A DNA stretch of 64,000 nucleotides, taken from Macrostomum lignano (Eukaryota). This document shows, one piece after another, positions 60,422 through 64,000 of the stretch. Position numbers and translations under genes: made by a program. The notes below the pieces were generated by a model that searched no databases, was not told the origin of the DNA, and saw only the letters and a list, made by a program, of their open reading frames with translations. How positions within the stretch are numbered: the first letter of the stretch is position 1; each line of letters begins with the position of its first letter. The DNA lies in NCBI GenBank assembly GCA_002269645.1, contig NIVC01000939.1:434001-498000 (forward strand), written 5' to 3'.

Positions 60422-62353
60422 AAAGTAAATTTTAAGCTTTTGTTTTTTTACAGTCTGTTTTCTTCCTTTTAAAGCATTTAGTTTTATAGCCATAATAAAT
60501 TCATAATCTTTCAAGTTCGAAGTTATTTGATGTTCAAGTGAAATTAGTGAGTGCTTTATTTATTCAGACTTGCTAAGACCCGAATCTTGACGCCATTTGC
60601 GCTCAGCTTTTGAAAACCGGGACTCGGCCTCGGCCTAAATCACCTTATTTTTTATCAGTTCCCAGCGTATGCCAACTTTGCTTGTTTGTGATTCAGAGCT
60701 GCTACTGTGAGTAGTCTAAATATACTTCAGCGAGTTTTACTTAACGGCTTTGGTGGGATTCTCTGAGAAATAACCTATTTCAGTCAGTCTAATCTAAAAG
60801 CAACTTGCAGTTTCTTTCTGCCTGAGTTAACTGGAAGCATTGACTCCACTTCTGGACTGCTGGACTGCAAATTCATTCGGTTTTTGCGACATTCGATTAA
60901 TCTAAATCTGAAGTGTATAAATATTGCTGCTACAGTCATTAACCCTAGCCTAGTCTTGAGTTGTTGAGTAGAAAGCAACCTTTAGTAATAAGATGTGTGA
61001 ATGTGAAGCGGGTGTGTAAGTACGAAGTGAAACTGAAAGACTTGCCAATAATGAGTGCACAGTCCACTCTGCGCATGCGCAAAGCAGACAGGGCTGCAAA
61101 TTACTGGGCAGATGGATGGCAGCTGTTAAGCAGGACAGGCAACCACAGGAATAGCGTGGAAAAGAAAGAAGGGAATGGCGGATTGGCGGCATCTCGTTTT
61201 CATAGATCTGTCCTCTAGCAAGGCGGGGCAAGGATGGCTGAGGTGGGCCGGCCAAGGCTTGGGGTATCGGATGGGCTGAGAGGAAACTCGGGTCAGGGGT
61301 AGAGAAAATTCCAGCTGCGATGGTAAATAGAGAGAGTGTACATCGGTGTACACTCAGCACTGTACATTGGAATCGGAGGAGGTGGGCCGGAGAGAGGAAA
61401 GAGAGGCTAGTCCCAGTATTGACTGGGGAAGGAAGGCCAGAGAACGGACCCCCGCTGTGAGCTATCTGCCTCACCCTCCTGTCTGCTGTTGTGCAAGCGG
61501 CCAGAAGGGAAGGAACCAATTGCATCGCGGGTCACACAGCAGGCCCCTCAAACCATTTCAGGCTATACAGCTCGGGTTGCCCAGCCTTAGCCTCACCGTG
61601 CTATTGATTGATCAGGACCAGAGAATTCTGTTTTCTCACTGCCTTGCCGTGTGCGCCGACTCAACTACTGAATTCATTTCCACTCCAGGGAGATTTTCTT
61701 CTTTAATAAAAGGCTCTGCTCTACCTCATACCAGTTGCAAAATTTCATTCTGCCCTACTTTCAGCGCTGCGATTTCTGCTAAGCTGCTTCTGCTACTTAA
61801 CTGAGTGGAATTTATACGGTAAGACCTAGATATTAAAGTGCACTTTTCCGATTTTAATTCGCTTTGACGGGTGCCAAAGGGCGAAAACAAATTGAATTAA
61901 AATAACGCGCCCGCGATGCCATCGATACCAAAACGCAAATATCGGACTGTTGAATAAAAAACTGAACTTTTTAAATATCAATTCAATGAAAGGCGAAAAC
62001 TGGAAGTTTTCGAGTACAGGATCAGGCTTCCGAGTCCGAGCTGCTGCTGCCTCTTGTTCGCAGTATGCAATTAGTTAATTGCAGTACACTAGTCGACAAG
62101 AAAATTTGAGTCGTGATTGGACACTGACAGGGCTCAGCAGCTCGCATCTGCCGCAGAAGTAATTGATGAAGAAAATTATCAGAAGGAAAAAGAGATGGAA
62201 TTGGAAACTTCCTCACGGCCACGGGCCCTTTCAGCTCACTCAGCGCCAGATGTCCCTATTGCAGCGCATGGCTTAAGTACGCCAGACGCCTACACAACCT
62301 GCGCCACGCTGTGAAATGACTTACCTGTGAAAGAAACCATAAAGCAAAGTTTT

Positions 62354-62417
62354 GGGTAAACGGCAGGAGTAACTATGACTGTCTTATCAAGCCTAAATGC
62401 CTCGGCATCTAATTAGT
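62354..62417 (+). other. 28S rRNA-derived fragment, copy 3, in a probable TIR-less relic of the CATAC family
   Basis: GGGTAAACGGCAGGAGTAACTATGACTGTCTTATCAAGCCTAAATGCCTCGGCATCTAATTAGT. It is preceded by GACTTACCTGTGAAAGAAACCATAAAGCAAA, homologous to the upstream flank of copies 1 and 2. Confidence 0.88.
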
Positions 62418-63341
62418 ACCGCGCCGCGCCGTACTAATTGCCGCGCGCCGTACGCGCTGCGCCGCGCCGTATTAGATCCGCGCCGGACGCCGTCTGCCAA
62501 AATGCCCATGCGCTGCAATCAGGCCAGATGTGACTCGCCCAGTCCCATTTTTTCCCTTCTCTTCTCCCGTCGCGTGCTCACGATCGGATGACAGGTGGTC
62601 TCAAATGTGTGCGACTTTCATGCGATGGACTGATGGAGCTGCAGGTGCAATATTATATAATCTGAGCTGAGGGTTGAGATCCAAGAAGACTTAAAGATGC
62701 AGCTGCTAAATTCAAAGGATGCTGATCAGCTCTGCACTCGGCAGCCTCTGCTCAGCTCAACCCGGCCGGCGCAAAGTATTTCCATAAACTGGGATTTTCT
62801 TCCCAGCCTATCTAATCTATAGCCGATATATTGAACTGCATGCAGTCGGTCAGAGCAGAGGCTCCGGAAATCAGCTCTGCTCAGCTCAGCTAAGGGCAGG
62901 GCTAACACTAAACAAGCAAGAGCTGAGAGGAGGGTGCGACCGAACTCCGTGTCCTTGACTTGCTGACTTGCTTGGGTGTTCATTTCTAGCTAGTTGATTC
63001 GTATCGAATGCTCAAATTTGCACCTTACAGTAGCAAAACATTCGTTCGTATCTCATTTCTAGTGCAAAGTAAATGACCTAAGCTAAATGTAATTCAAATC
63101 GGCGCCGAACTATTTTAACGACAAAACCACATTTTGGCGCTTCAGTAGCCTAAAAGGCTCTTAATCTGCATTCAAAATGACGTCGCAAATTTTAAAACAC
63201 GAATTGCTTATTTTACGACTTTTTTTATTTGTATTCTGATTTTTTATTTAATTTAGCTTTCTAGACGAGCGTTTTCAAAGTCGAAATATATCTGTTACTC
63301 TTCGCTCCATTTTCCTTTGTCACGTGACCCGCAGCATTAAC

Positions 63342-64000
63342 ATGTCCGGCCGCAAGATCCTGATCCCCCTGGACGGCTCCCAGCACGCCGAGGCTGCCTA
63401 CCAGTGGTACCTGGACAACATCCGCCGGGACGGTGACTCGCTGGTGATCGCGCACATCCTGGAGCCGCCATCCCTGCCGTCCTTCTCGCTGAAGAGCGGC
63501 TTCAACGTGCCGACTGAGGAATGGCGCAACATCATCCTGGAGAGCGGCAAGAAGGCCAAGGCTCTGGAGGAGGACGTCTCCGTCCGGGCGATGCAGACTC
63601 ACCTGAAGGTGCCGGAATCCGGGACTTCGGGATCCGGGACTTCTGGAATCCGGGATTTTGGGAATCCAAGACTTCAAGAATCTGGGATTTCAGGAATCCA
63701 GGACTTCTGCGACTTGCGACTTGCGAATCTGCTACTTCTGAAACTCGGGTCTTTAGGAATCAAGGATTTTCGGAACCTTGGATTTTGGGGAGATCTGGGA
63801 CTCGACTTCCGGGATGTTGGACTCAAAATTCCGGGATCTGGGGCTCGAAATTCCGGGATCTAGGACTCGGCCTTCCAGGATCTGGGAATCAGGGCATTCT
63901 GAAATCACAGGATCTGGGATTCGGGGCCTCAGTATCCCTCACCGCGCCACCCCCCTCAGATGGAGTTCGTCGCCGAGCCCAGCAAGCGGCCGGGCGAGGC
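63342..64000 (+). CDS. Universal stress protein (UspA domain), partial
   Basis: Exon 63342-63608 gives MSGRKILIPLDGSQHAEAAYQWY…DSLVIAHILE…HLK. Intron 63609-63959 (GT-AG, filled with GGGA(C/T)T..GGAATCC repeats). Exon from 63960 gives MEFVAEPSKRPGEA and runs off the window. Confidence 0.88.

Overview
Eukaryotic (animal) genomic DNA with GC-rich exons, AT-rich spacers and introns filled with minisatellites. The style resembles the free-living flatworm Macrostomum, but that is an inference and not demonstrated. Six host genes can be spliced by hand with consistent reading frames: GFM2/EF-G2mt (+, 7 exons), a Rap2-type GTPase (+, no genomic ATG), a BBOX1-like dioxygenase (-), an IAH1 SGNH esterase (-), a 1311-aa sacsin/NO VEIN-like GHKL protein (+) and a universal stress protein (+, runs off the window). 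There is also a possible orphan gene. Mobile DNA comprises a dead PHD-FLYWCH-MULE transposase interrupted by a 2.2-kb TIR element, several MITEs, and an 8.2-kb foldback element with ~1.3-kb near-perfect TIRs. The foldback carries a LINE ORF1 relic, a Gypsy RT fragment and a nested CMC/EnSpm-type element. The strongest lead is a CATAC-TIR, 8-bp-TSD DNA transposon family (two copies with intact ends plus a probable third relic) carrying a 64-nt piece of 28S rRNA. The piece matches the R2/I-PpoI/Pokey target region, and divergence is concentrated in the central cleavage core. Other leads are a Rap2 gene that may get its start codon from a spliced leader, and intron minisatellites whose units are copies of the splice junction itself. 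All coordinates and alignments were done by eye.
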